Assembly (NCBI RefSeq): GCF_009914755.1
Contig: NC_060935.1
Origin: the human T2T-CHM13v2.0 reference genome, Homo sapiens
Direction: 5' to 3' (one strand)
DNA length: 64,000 nucleotides
The notes beneath the pieces were generated by a model. It was not told where the DNA came from. It saw only the letters and a list, made by a program, of their open reading frames with translations, and made no database searches. Each line of letters begins with the position of its first letter. The first letter of the stretch is position 1. Both the position numbers and the translations under genes were made by a program. Below, piece after piece: positions 12,700 to 26,876 of this stretch.

Positions 12700-15600
12700 C
12701 CATTTATTCATATGCAAAGAGTCAGAAAGTACAATCAATAGTAAAAATTCACAAAATAAAGCAGGCCCATAGAAAAATCTACATATTGAAGTTAGAAAAA
12801 TACTTCAAAAATGTGATTAATAGGTGAAAGAAAATTTTAAAAGAAAAATCATTTAACAAAATATTTTAAGAGAAATTTAAATTAGTAAAAATAGAAACTA
12901 TTGGATTTCTAAAAACCTACAAACTGTGAAAATATAATAAGAATTTATAAGGAAAATTTAAGAGCATATTAGACAAAGCAGAAGACAGGATTGGTAAACT
13001 CAAATACACATCAATATAAATTGTCTAAACTAAAGCACAGACAGAGAAAAAAATTAGGAATACAGATCAGATCGTAGGATACTTGCGAAACCCAATCAAA
13101 TGGTGTAAAACATAATACAGTCAAAATTCCAAAAAAAAAAAAAAGAGAAGAGCCTAGATAGAATAAATATCTTAAGGTTGTGACTAAAACTTTTCTAAAA
13201 CTGATGAGTCCTCAACAAACACAACCAAGGTTACAAGATCCCAAGCCAAAAAAAAAAAAATGCAGAGAAACTCACACACAGGCACACCATGCTCAAAGGA
13301 ACAACACTAAGAACTATTGCAAACTATTAAAAGAAGCTATAAAAGCAGGGGAAATGGAATGACATATTAAAAATATGAAAGAAAAATGTAAATATTTAAA
13401 TTTCTCTTCTTAGGAAAAAATTGTCAAAAATATACAGGAAAATAGAGATGTTATTGACAAAGGTCTTGAAAAATGTGAGATTCTGTCAAACCACAAAATG
13501 GGAAATACTGAAATAATTTTTAAGTGAAATAAAGTTATTCCAAATGGAAACAGAAGATAATAAAGAACAACACCCCATTTTTTCCTTTTATAAAACCCAT
13601 TTTATTCAGGCATTTGATCCTATTGATAATGCTTTTGTCAAGGTCACCAACAGCCACCACTTTGGTAAGTCCTCAGAAATCTTACTGTCAACAGCCTTTC
13701 ATACAGCTGATTTTTCCATCTTTGTAGCTCTTTACTTAAAAAAAATTAAAGGTGACAGAGATACAGCAAGTCCACGTGCTCATGAGGATGACTCACTGTA
13801 TTTTGTTGTAAGCCATGTTATCTGAGTTTTTGTGCAAAATATTATTCTGTTTTGTTTTATCCTGTATGAACAAGGTAGAATAAAAGAAAACTGTAAATCA
13901 GGAAAAAAACAAACAAACAAAAAGAATAACAGCCACAAGGGCAAACATGTGAGGACTAGTAAAAAATATTTACCAATTAAATCAACAACAAGAATTATTT
14001 TTTTCTGGTAAAATAATAAATAGGAAGAAAGAATAGTCTCAAAAGTGTATCTTCCTAATAAAATAGCTTCAAAATACTTATAAGAAAGCTGATGGAAGAG
14101 AGAGAATAAGTTTTACAAATATAGCTGGAGGTTTATAAAAGCTTCCTGAATAATTGATAGACTAAGCCAAGAAAAATAAAATCACAACATGAGCAATTAA
14201 ATTGACCTGATAGAAATGCATAGAATACCAAGCTCAACTACAGAATGCCAATTCTCTCCAATGCACATGATACATTTAAAAATTGACTGTGCTGTGTTAT
14301 AAAATACATTTAAAACATTGAAATTATACAGAATATATATTCTAGTCACCGTGAAATTCAATTTTAAATAGATGACAGAAAGCCAGCTAATAAATCTCTA
14401 CATGTTTGGAAATGATCGATCAACACACTCTTCAATAAACAATGCTTTTTAAAACATAAATGTAAAGTTGATATTTTTAAAACAGACTAAATTGAAAAAA
14501 ATAGAAAAAAGTAGGAATTCAATAGAAAAAAATAAAATAGAAATTTCATAAGAGAGTATCAGCAATGTATGCTTTTAAAAGTGGAAGAAAAATGATGCAA
14601 TTGTAGCAAAATCGATCAAGAAAAATTAGAGAAAATGTAAGCTGCTAATGCCATGTAAAAAGCAGAATATCATTAGAGATTCTATAATTATTTAAAATGC
14701 AATACGATGAAATCTTAGATAAAATAAAAAGTATTTTTGAGAAATAATACGTACCAAAACAGGTAGAAAGAATTAGAAAATGTAAATACTTCTAAATATA
14801 TTAAAGAAATTGAATTTTTAATAATAAAATATATCCAAAATAAAAGTTCAAGTTCAGTTGTTTCTCTGACAGTGTTTTCCAGATATTTAGAGGATAAGGA
14901 ATATAACTCTAAGATTATTTAAAGGAGTGAGAAAAACAGAAAGAAAGAAAGTGAAATTAGGAGAGACGATGAAAGGAAGAATTAATTTTTTAAGTACACT
15001 GAAACACTGATATTAAAATCTAACAAATACATTACAAAGAGAGATAATTATAAGATAACATTCGGTATAGAAGCCAAAAATCCTAGAGAATGTTTTGCAA
15101 CAGAAAGCATTCAAAATAACCAAAAAACATATGAAAAATTTCAACATCAAATATTTCTGACAGCTACGTAAAAATGGAAAAGCATTTTGAACTGTTTGAC
15201 AACAAGCAGATCATATGCCTAACTTATGTCCCAGTGCCAGTGCTTCCACTTACAAATTATTGTGCATGTTCACCACAATGCATACACAAAAATACTCTTT
15301 AGAAGTTTTATTACTGATATTTATAAACTAGAAAAAAATTCATTAAGAAAATTAATTAACAAATGTTAATACATTTACAAAATAAAAGACTGTATAGCTT
15401 TAGAAAAACTTCTAATATAAACATTCATATAGATAATTTCACTACTGTTATGTTCAGAAAAAGAAAGCAGACACAATAAGCCTATATGTAAGATTTCATT
15501 TGTACATGTTTTAACAACAAGTAAAACTAAATATTTTGACTATGAGGAAGCATTTTGAAGTGCTGAAAATGTCTGTATCATAATTTGGGTGGTAGTTTTA

Positions 15601-17890
15601 CTGATGTACATAAATATAAAGCTTTAAATAAGCTGTATACTTAAAATTAAGGTACTTTACAACGTGTGTGTGTATATATATGTCTGTGTGTGTATTTTTT
15701 TAACATAGTTCTTAGACAAAAAGATGAAAACAGAATTGTAACCAAAACATGATAGAAAGTAAAGGGGAGAGTAATTATGAAATTTGTGGATAATTATAAA
15801 TAGTGATTAAATTTTGGCTGCACAACACCAACATTTTATTGATAAATTTAAATATAAATGTATGGCAATACTCATACAAAACATAGACTGAATCAATGGA
15901 GTTATATCTAAATCTCTAGCATTGTGTGATAAACAGAAAAAGGAACAGTGTATTATATTTAGTATTGCAAAAATTCATAGTTTAAAACATAAGGTAAATC
16001 ATCAAAATATAGAAAATTTGAAAGGTAGAATAATAAAATGTAAACTTATTAGCAACAATCGTTTTTAAATAGGACACAAAGGGTTCTGAACATCACAATG
16101 AAAATTAAACTCTATTAATATGGAAGAATTTATTTATAGAGTAAAAGGCAAGTAGCCAAGGCAGTGGAAATATTTTTATACATATATTTAAAACAATAAC
16201 TAAAACAAATCAGATCAAAAAGCCAAGATAGTTTAATAAAGCTGCACATATAAAATGCTGAGTATCTAAAATATATTTTTTATAATGTATAGTTTTCAAC
16301 AAAAATGCACAAGGCCTGCAAAGAAACAGAAAAATGTTACTTGGGGAAAAAAATCAGTCTGTAGAAACTCTCTGAATGACCCAGATGCTGGATTCAGCAG
16401 ACAAAAAGACTTAACCATCACTACAAAAATATGGTCAAATAATTGAATGCATATACATAATTAAAAGGAAGTATGACAGTAATTATTAACCAGATTTTTA
16501 AATAGAAAATCTCAATAAAAAGAAAGTGAACAACAAAATTACATAATGGAAATTCTGTAGATAAAATGTACAATTACTAAAACTAAATATCCACTAGAAG
16601 GATTCAAAAATGGGTATGAGATGATGGATGAAACTATTAGTACAGTTGATGACAGATCAACGGAAATTATTCTATTTGAAGTACAAAAAATACAAAGAAT
16701 GAAGAAAAGTGAACAAAGCCTCAGAAATCTGTGGACATAATAAATGATATTAATGGATATATTGTAGAAGTCAGAGGAGAAGAGAAAGAAGTAAAAAAAT
16801 CAAACAGAACAAAGCAAAAAGTCCTGAAATGATAATAAACAAGACTTTCTACATTTGGTAGAGCGATTTTATCCAATATTTTACTGGAGATTCCTATTAA
16901 ATAACACACAATACACAAAAACAAAGTCTAGTTCTGACAGGCCTAAATGTCAGCAAAGAAAAATTTAAAAGAAGAAAAAAATTATTAATCAAGAAATGAA
17001 CAATAAAATCTACAAGAAACTAAAAGCATTCAAGTCGAAAAAGAGAAGTATAATGCTCATTATACTCAAGGGACTTTATTCTGTATCTAAAAATTCCTAA
17101 GCAAGTCATACAACAATATATAAAAATCAGTCATGTTTCTACATATTATTAGCAAGCAATCTGAAACTGAAATTAGAAAAATATTTTCATTAAAATTAGT
17201 ATAAAAATGCAAAAAAATATTTAGAAATAAATTTAACAAAATAAGTCAAGACTCAATTATAAAAACCAAAACTACAAAGCATTGCTACAAGAAATTGGAG
17301 AAGGGCTAAACAAATGGATAGGTATACATGTTGACTTATTGGAAGACTTAACTAGTAGATATTTATCCAAGAGAACAGAGAGTTATGTTTAGACAAAAGT
17401 TTTAATCTAATATTTATAGCCACTTTATAAATAATAGCTGAATATTGCAAACAGTCCATATGTCAGGCAACAGGTGACTGAATAAACATAATGTACAAAA
17501 TTCATACATTGGAATAGTACTCAACAATTTAAAAAAACTAGCAATACATGCAACAATGTGAATGATTCTCAAAACCTGTTGAGATTGAAAAAAATCAAGA
17601 AAAAACAAACATACATTGAACTACTTCAATCTTATGAAACTCTACAAAAGCAAATCTCATACATAGGAATATAGTGATGATTTGAAGCTTCTTGGGTTTG
17701 ACAGTAGGATAGAAGGGTTTCTTGGCAGTAAATCAAGAGGTCTGGAGGATGATGGAAATGTTCTATATTTTGATTGTGCTAGTAATTGCCCTGGAGTCCA
17801 CATTTGTCAAAACTCATTCAATTATATGCATTTTAAAATAATTAAAATTTATTGTATTATATTTGTCAACAGCTTTCACTTTAAAAAACA
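12700..17890 (+). mobile_element. Mosaic of ancient, degraded L1M fragments
   Basis: Strongly A-biased + strand with L1 ORF1/ORF2-like words and L1ME-type 3' ends (gatggaaatgttctatattttgattgtg..cacatttgtcaaaactcat); boundaries approximate. Confidence 0.55.
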
Positions 17891-19112
17891 TTTCTCTGAA
17901 ATATGACATTTTAATATGGAGAGACCTAATGCATTCATTAATATAACTTCTGAATAATATTTTTCACAAAAAGACTTCTTACATGACAAAAAACCTAACA
18001 TTGACAAATATAAGCTAAATAAGTTTGAAATAATGCTATTGAGTGTTTCCATGTGACAAATTCAATTGCATTCTCAGAAATACTCTAAATATCCTAACTA
18101 AGCCATTAGGTTCTTCTGAATGTACTTATTTGCTGTGGTTTCTTTTTGTATTTTGTTTTAAATTTTGGGTTGCTTGTTTTGTTTATTGTTTAAGTTCTTG
18201 TCAGCTGAATGCCTGCAAATATAGATGTTTATAAAGTATTTTCAGATTCTTTTTTCCTTAATCTACAATTTTCTAGGAGAAAATAATATTTATTTATTTA
18301 TTCTTCATATACAGATTGGAAATAAATTATATTTAAAAAAAAGAATGCATCATAGGTACTTAGAATGTTTTAAGGTTTCTGAGATAATGGATCATCTCCT
18401 GTACTAACTCATCTTAGAATATCACCCAGTCCTCACCCCTACTATCTGCTCCATTAACCTTTAATTTAGGAAACTAATACATTTTAATTCAAGAAGATGA
18501 AATTTAATTGTTTTTAGTATAAAGAATAAAGGCCCATTCTTATGTAGCCACATATGTAAGAGAAACATGTGAAACATTGTCACCAAAATCCCTCATGATA
18601 CAGTTTAAGCTGGAAAAAGCCACAATATTGACTCCATCAGGGGACACCTGCAGGACTGGAGGAATAAATCAGGAGAGGGGGACTGGGTTGATTTTAAGAA
18701 AGCCTTTTAAGAAATAGTAGTTTTAATTTTCTTTGATGATATTCTTGGAAAGGAAATCAAGGAATGGAATTGATTTGATATTTTTATGTTATTGCTTTTT
18801 TTTGCTGTTTTTTTTCTATTACTTGGACAACTAGGCCCAAGTAACGTGTTCTTAAAAGCATGAGAGAGTACCAAGAAAGCACCACTAGCAATTCTATTGA
18901 ATTTTTTCAGAGATCATGCATTTGGTTTTCCCCCCACACTTGCCCCACATTTCCTTTTATTCATTGTAAACTTCAGGAAAGTAAATGCCTTAGGGGAGCC
19001 ATTAAGTTCTTCAGTTTCCTAAATCCCTCAAGAAACAAAGAAGAATTTTCAATAATATATGTACTATATCCTTTTAATGAGAGGATTAACTCCAGGGACT
19101 TTATTCCCATTT

Positions 19113-19662
19113 TGTTAGGGAACCACAAACACAGAAAAGCCAGGGTGACACCACTTTAAAATCAGCTCCATCTTAAAACTAGCAATGCACATTCCTTCCC
19201 TGTCACTGCCCATGGTCATAAGATGATTACAGTTAAGGAAGCAGTTGAATAAAGCGTGTAAGGACAAACTCCTCTGATAAAAAAAAAGTCTAGATGCTTC
19301 AGTATTGTGTAACAACTTTGCTTTTAAGGTAATTATAGTTATGCTTTGATTTGCTTAGACACTAAAATGCCAAGGATAGTTTTCTTTAAATCAACAGAAT
19401 GATAAATTTTGCTACGATGTCAGCTCACCTGCAGGTAGACATAGCTTAGCCTCATTTTTACACAGGTAAGATTTCAACATAAATAAAGCTTAAAGATGAG
19501 ACGTTCCTCTGCTTGCTTTCTGAGGACACCATGATCTGTATTTGAGTAGCTTTCAATGAACTACCTCTTATCACACTCTGTGACTCGCCTTGAATTCCTT
19601 TGTGCATCAGATCCAGGAACCCTCTCTTGAGGTCTACATCTTGACTCCTTTCTCCTGCAACA
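19113..19662 (+). mobile_element. ERV1 solo LTR (MER41-family-like, possibly MER41E)
   Basis: TG..CA termini; 4-bp TSD ATTT on both sides; ctccatcttaaa near the 5' end and gatccaggaaccctctcttgaggtct near the 3' end. Confidence 0.75.
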
Positions 19663-19734
19663 ATTTGAACTAAGACAAATACATAACTAAACTTTTTGTC
19701 TAAAATTATCTTCTAATACAATTGTGTTTTTCAT

Positions 19735-20007
19735 TTTCATTTTATTTATTTATTTTTGAGAAGGGGTGTCACTCTGTCGCCCAGGCTGGAGTATAGTGGT
19801 GCAATCTCAGCTTGCTACAGCCTCGACCTCTTGGGCTCAGGCAAACCTCCCACTTCAGCCTCCTGAGTAGCTGGGACCACAGGTTTTTTGTGTGTTTTGG
19901 AGAGAAGGGGTTTTGCTATGTTGCCCAGGCTGGTTTTGAACTCTTTAGCTCAAGAAATCCAACTACCTCCACCTACCAAAGTGCTAGGATTACAGTATGC
20001 CTGGCCT
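19735..20007 (-). mobile_element. Old Alu (AluJ-like), with internal deletions
   Basis: T-rich head, gcccaggctggagt, gggctcaggcaaacctccc, caaagtgctaggattacag. Confidence 0.85.
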
Positions 20008-20026
20008 GACAAGTTTATGTTTTGAT

Positions 20027-20503
20027 TTTTTTTTTAATTTTACTTTAAGTTCTGAGATACAAGTGCAGAACATGTATGTAGGTTTGTTACATAAGTATAC
20101 GGTGTGTCATGGTAGTTTGCTGCACCTACCAACCCGTCATCTAGGTTTTAAGGCCCACATGTATTAGCTATTTGTCCTAAGGCTTTCCCTTCCCCACACC
20201 TTGACAGGCCCTGGTGTGTGATGTTCCCCTCCATGTGCCATGTGTTCTCATTGTTCAACTCCTACTTATGAGTGAGAACGTGCGGTGTTTGGTTTCCTGT
20301 TCCTGTGTTAGTTTGCTGAAGATGATGGTTTCTAGCTTCATCCATGTCCCTACAAAGGACATGATCTCATTCCTTTGTATGGCTGCATAGTATTCTATGT
20401 TGTAAATGTACCACATTTTCTTTATCCAGTCTGTCATTGATGGGCGTTAGAGTTGATTCCATGTCTTTGTTATTTTAAATAGTGCTGTAATAAACATATG
20501 TGT
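20027..20503 (-). mobile_element. L1PA 3' end fragment
   Basis: Minus-strand peptide DWIKKMWYIY..EYYAAI and L1 3' UTR; T tail. Confidence 0.9.
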
Positions 20504-21059
20504 GTTTTGATCATCTTCCTCTTACTTTCATGCCAAGGAAGTTGTACCTATGATTCTCATATTGTAAAGAATAAGTTTGAATATCAGTGCTGCTACCTGT
20601 AACTATTACAATATCATTTACTTAATTTATGCATCACTATAAATTTAAGACAAATTTAACTAATTATTGTCCGTGCTTTGTCTTTGTGTTTGTCTTAGGC
20701 AGACTACAGAGAGATAAACCATGGGAAGAGGTGGTTATGGAGGTTTCTAAATGAGCTGAGGTATTGAACATTTTTTCTTCTATTGGTAAGTTAAACTCAC
20801 TTATTTGAATAACATATGTGTTCTACAAATTAGTTAAAACATTTTAAAATGAAGAAAAGAGAACGGTTCATATATCTATACTTTTAAAAGTATTAAAAAG
20901 TATAAGTATTTTATACTTGAAAAAGTATATTTTTATCTGATAAACACTTCAAATTACAGGGACAGGAGGAACTTGTAACTTGGCTATCTGTTCTCACCCT
21001 CATACTACACTTCAATCTATTTTTCTACATTAGCTTCAAAATAGTTGTGTAACTTTCAT

Positions 21060-21160
21060 TGGAATAATGAAAAATATCAGGGTTTTAATTCAGTGGAACA
21101 GTCTTTCATAAAGAGGAATTGTAATCTAAGTCATAACTACATATTCCCATGGGGATTATT
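21060..21160 (+). promoter_or_regulatory. Candidate OR promoter: TAATGA homeodomain site plus O/E (EBF) site TCCCATGGGG
   Basis: taatga at ~21065; tcccatgggga at 21145-21155; 2.3 kb upstream of the OR5J-type coding exon. Confidence 0.4.
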
Positions 21161-22579
21161 CACCTATCCCTGTAGATGCTCCAGATCTCAAAGTTCTCTG
21201 CTTGTTTGTCATTATTTCAGTAGTCTTCTTCTTTTCCTGAGTTTTACATACTCTGCAAGAATTGTATCTCTCAAGTAAAAAGATAACGAAGTGACCAAAC
21301 ATATTATTTTTATTCTGGAGAAGTAAAGCTGCCAGTATCCCAATTTGTTTGAAGTATTTATTTATATCCTCACCTGGTTCAAAGAGGCCCAGAGCCAATG
21401 TACTCCATCCCACCCTTTTGGAAGATTCACCTCTGTCCATGGTGTCCTCACACACTCCCTTTACAGAAGGAGGATGATGAAGGCTGCTAGGTTGACCCTG
21501 ATCACCATCGTAGACAGACCCAGTGCTGAATCCAGCCCTGTCAAGGAGACCGGTGCCTTGTGCTCTTCACTCCTTCCCAGTTCTACTGTTTATGCTTCTT
21601 AAACAAACAGGACTTTGTTATGAGCAGAAAGGTAAATCGGTGTTCTGAGTTACTGGAACCCAGGTCAGGAAATTAAGACACCCTTTTTCGAAGCATGCCA
21701 AAGACTGAATGAGAGAAAGTACAGTACAGTATCATGGCTATGTAAGGAAGCCAGTCATCTATAAATTTCGCTTATCTAGTAGGACACTGTTGACTTAATG
21801 TTTAAAATATGGTTTAGAGTAACTAGGAATTGGCTTCTTTCTCATTTGATTCCAAAAAATGGTACATGGTACTCCAATTAAGAGTCTGGACAAAGCCTGC
21901 TAAAAGCACAATAATCTAGGCCTAGAAGATGGTACCAATTTATATACATTTGTATTTTTGTAAATAAAAGTTAATTTTTCAGGCAAAATGTGGTAATAAT
22001 TGACAGATATGCATTGGTTATTTGAAAAAGACATTGCATATTCTAAGAATTGCGTTGCAATATGAAAAGAAAGCATTGCAAATGTATCTGTACGTTGTAT
22101 AGGTTTACTTTATTTTATGGATTTGCTTTGCTTTTTCTCAGGAAAAAGTATGAGAACTTATTTTTCTTGAGTCTCAGTAAAGTATTTCTATTGGATATCA
22201 AAGACCAATTATAACTTGCTGTTGCCATATTTCACATTTCAGTTTAGAGTGCCTTCTCCTCTCATTCCCAGTAAGCACTCTTCTGAGAAGCCAGGGCCTC
22301 TGGTTACTTTCAAAGGATGACTCCCGAACCTTCGGTCCTTAGCTTTTGTCATATCTAACTTTAAAACTGTGGAGTAGGAACTAAGCATGAAGACGTTAGT
22401 CGAATATTTCAGGTTTAAATGCCATAGTACAGTTACTCTTATATCTCGATACATTTGACATTAGCAACTATTAAATTTGAAATTAGAAGTGTAAAAATGG
22501 GCTTCTATGGGACATACATTCTATTTCCAAATTTAGTTCTTATGCTTTTGTGAACTGGGCTTTTCTTCTGTCTTTTGTT

Positions 22580-23135
22580 TTCAATTTTTATTTCATGTTC
22601 AGTGGTACATATGCAGGTTAATTATATAGATATATTGTGTGTCGTGGGGGTTTGGTGAACAGATAATTTTATCACCCAGGTAATAAGAATAGTACTCAGT
22701 AGGTACTTTCTTGATCCTCACCTTCCTCCCACCTTCCACCCTCAAGTAGGCACCAGTATCTGATGTTCCCTTCTTTGGGTCCATATGTACTCAATGTTTA
22801 GCTTCCCTTTATAAGTGAGAACATGCAGTATTTGCTTTTCTGTTCCTGTGTTAGTTTGCTTAGGATAATGGCTTCCAGCTCCATCCATGTTGCTGCAAAG
22901 GACATGATCTCATTACTTTTTATGGCTGCATAGTATTCAATGGTGTAAATGTACCACATCTTTATCCAGTCCACCATTGATAGGCATTTAGGTTGATTCC
23001 ATGTTTTTGCTACGTGAATACTACCTCAATGAACAGACACATGCATGTGTCCTTATGATAGAATGATCTATATTCCTTTGGATATATACCCAATAATGGG
23101 ATTGCTGGGTCAAATGTTAATTCTGTTTTAGGTTT
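22580..23135 (-). mobile_element. Older L1P (L1PA-late/L1PB-type) 3' fragment
   Basis: ataagtgagaacatgcagtatttg..., gctgcatagtattc..., cccaataatgggattgctgggtcaaatg. Confidence 0.85.
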
Positions 23136-23479
23136 TTTTCTTTTCTTTATATAGATGTAAAATACAGTTTACTTTAGATTTTTGTTCCCATTAAGACCAG
23201 AATTTTAAATGCAGCCTTAAGCTAAGACCCTAATATTTTTGGTTTTTTTTTTTTTTCGATTTTTTTTCACTCATGGAATTTTTTATGGAATAAGTAAATA
23301 AACTGTGTTTGAATAAAGTGTTGAAATTTTCTGATTTTATAGGTAAGACAATCAGAGAAGTCACTAACTCATATCACATGGCTAGGTAGGAATTCCAAAT
23401 GGTCTTGATATTGCGGTATCATTACTCTGAATTAATTCCAATCTCCATATCATTAACAGGCATCAAGAAACACAAATCC

Positions 23480-24418
23480 ATGGCTGATGTTAATTTTACA
23501 TTGGTTACTGAGTTTATCCTTTTGGAACTGACAGATCGTGCTGAACTGAAGATGGTCCTCTTCGTGTTGTTCCTGCTGATCTACACCATTTCCCTGGTGG
23601 GAAATATAGGAATGCTCTTTCTAATCTATGTAACTCCCAAACTCCACACACCCATGTATTATTTCCTCAGCTGTCTGTCATTTGTTGATGCCTGCTATTC
23701 ATCAGTTTTTGCACCCAGAATGCTGCTGAACTTCTTTGTTGAGCGGGAGACAATCTTATTCTCTGCATGTATTGTGCAGTATTTTTTATTCGTGTCTCTC
23801 CTTACCACTGAGGGCTTCTTGCTGGCCACAATGGCTTACGACCGTTACATGGCCATTGTGAACCCTTTACTTTATACAGTAGCTATGACTAAAATAGTTT
23901 GTATTGTGCTCGCATTTGGGTCATGTATGGGAGGTTTAATCAACTCATTGACACATACAATTGGCTTGGTGAAACTGTCTTTCTGTGGGCCAAATGTCAT
24001 CAGTCACTTCTTCTGTGATCTTCCCCCACTGTTGAAGCTGTCATGTTCTGAGACATCTATGAATGAATTGTTGCTTTTGATCTTCTCTGGCATTATTGCC
24101 ACGCTCACTTTTTTGACTGTGGTGATCTCCTACATCTTCATTGTTGCTGCTATCCTGAGGATCCGCTAAGAAGCAGGTAGACGTAAAGCCTTCTCCACCT
24201 GCACCTCTCACCTGATTACCGTGACCTTATTCTATGGATCGATAAGCTTTAGTTACATTCAGCCAAACTCCCAGTATTCCCTAGAACAAGAAAAGGTGGT
24301 GTCTGTATTTTATACCCTGGTGGTTCCTATGTTAAACCCATTGATTTACAGCCTAAGGAACAAGGAAGTGAAGGAAGCTGTGAAAAGGGCTATAGAAATG
24401 AAACATTTTCCTTGTTAA
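23480..24418 (+). pseudogene. OR5J1P: OR5J-subfamily olfactory receptor with one in-frame stop (TAA 24167-24169, codon 230)
   Basis: MADVNFT start; MAYDRY; the frame continues [13 protein letters not shown] to ...[10 protein letters not shown], an OR5J-like C-terminus; acceptor ttaacAG at 23458-23459. Confidence 0.85.
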
Positions 24419-26553
24419 TTTCATATTTCCATATCCAAAAATAGACTACAAACAGTGGTTTGTCTAATTATATCTATACAGATTTAATAAAATTTCAGTC
24501 CTACAGGAGCCTTAGAGTTTATTCAGTTGGAGCCATGTGTTTTACCGTGGAAAAAAAAGACCTAGAAAAATGTGCCATAGAAGACATGGCTGGTTACCAT
24601 GTTAACTAACCTAAAAACCAGGCTAAGATCTAAGGTAGCTATCTCTAGGCAATTGATAACATTTTCATTCCTTCATATGAGTAAAAATAAATATTTCTGG
24701 GATATATAGACACTCAAACACATACACAAATAGAGACAATGATAAAATTAATAAATAATAAAATATATGCTGCCTTGGTCTCTCTATTGAGCATGGAAAT
24801 AAGTAAAATACATTCAAGGCAAAAAGTATTGGTACTTTCCTTATCCAGAAAAAAGACAGATACATATACCAAAAATTAACCTGGATTATTTATTGCTTGA
24901 TATTCTTCAAAATAAATATATACACTTAAAAATACTCAGAAAAAGAACATAGTACTAGATTACCTTTCCACTTGGAATGGTTAGTCTAAACCATTTCCCC
25001 ATTCCTGGCCTCAGTTTCCACTACTACATATGAAATCATTTTGGACAGATTGTCATAGTTTTATTATCACTCCACATGGAAGACTCACTAATACTCAGAG
25101 AAAGCTTACCCTGAAGACTTTCACTTCATATTTAGAAAGGATGACTCCAAACTCATTAGGATGTCATTAATAATCAAATTCGCTTTCCTCTTTCCTTTAA
25201 AGATCTCCCAGAATCCTTTTTACACCATTAAACAAAAAAATTCCCAGAAGAGTCATTCTAGGTAGGGAAAATCTGTGAAGCCAATAGTTTTCCCTTCAAT
25301 TCAAATTATATGTACAAGTGCATCATCATAAGATCAAGCCTACAAATACTAATTGTCCCATATTGATTTATTCTCAAATTGTTGTAAACTATCCTATCTG
25401 GAAAAATATTAAAAATATATAAATAACAGTATTCTAGAAAATATATTCACTTTCAAATAAAATGAAATATTTTAAAATTCTGTTTTAAATATTGAATTAA
25501 CTGGTGACAAATGAGCTAAGCAGCACAATGCAACAGCTGAAGACTCAATAAAATATTAATTCATATATTTACATGGTAGGCTAGATTAAATTTTTTTATC
25601 CTCATTGACAGCCACAGTTACGTAAGTGAATGGCACCAATGAGAAGGGGTGGAATTTCATGGGAAAATTATTATTGTTCTGTTTAGCGCCCACCTTCAAC
25701 TCATCCTAATAAACAGTTACAGTATTATACTCTAAACAAAAACCACGTGCTTCAGTGAGAAAAATGTCACTCCCACAATTCTGATAGAAATTGAGGTGGT
25801 TGGTGACAGATTTGTATAATGTAGATTGGAAAATGAGTAACATAATCATATATAAGTTTATTCTGAAACTAAGTGAAACTGAGTCAGGCATATCCTAAGT
25901 GTTCCTACATGATTGGTACAATTAACTAATAGAAAATAAGTGAGAACACCAAAAGTGAAATAATCTGTTGTCACTCCCATTAGTTGACATGCAAAATATC
26001 AGGAAAATAAAATTTTGAGAGTGTACTCTTACTGTTCCATATCAGATAAAGTTGGTTACTGTTCAATATCAATACTAGAAGAAATCAGGACTCAGCAAAT
26101 GTTGATCTGACATGACTTTGTGGCCTCAGAAAACATCTATCAAATATGTGTTTTTATTCCATGTATGTAGCCTTGGAATTTGTGATGTGAAAATTGTCCT
26201 GACTTAGGGAAATACGTTGCTGGCACCGTTTGGGCTGGCTATGATGAAATTTGTATTATGATCATGATTGTTGCTATATGAGACCCAGGAGACAATGCAA
26301 TGAATTTATGTTCTAAGATCTGAGATTTTGTTGACTACAGCGATCCCAGCTATGATGGCAACTTTCACTTGTCATTGGTCAAATGTGGCCTGTATCTAAA
26401 TTCCAACTGTTAGAATCATAGACATCTAGAGCTTACGTCAGTTTTAGATATTTCTTATGAATTCTCAGAATTCATAGATTCTCATTTTTATTCTTAGACT
26501 TCTCAGATATTCAGTTTTTGATAGTATACCCTTCTGAGTCTAATATGTCCTAA

Positions 26554-26876
<323 letters not shown>

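Noticed and set aside
23399-23479. 27-aa N-terminal extension of the OR5J ORF
   Set aside because: An acceptor AG at 23458-23459 lies inside it, and MADVNFT at 23480 gives the standard OR start and length; the extension is probably intronic.
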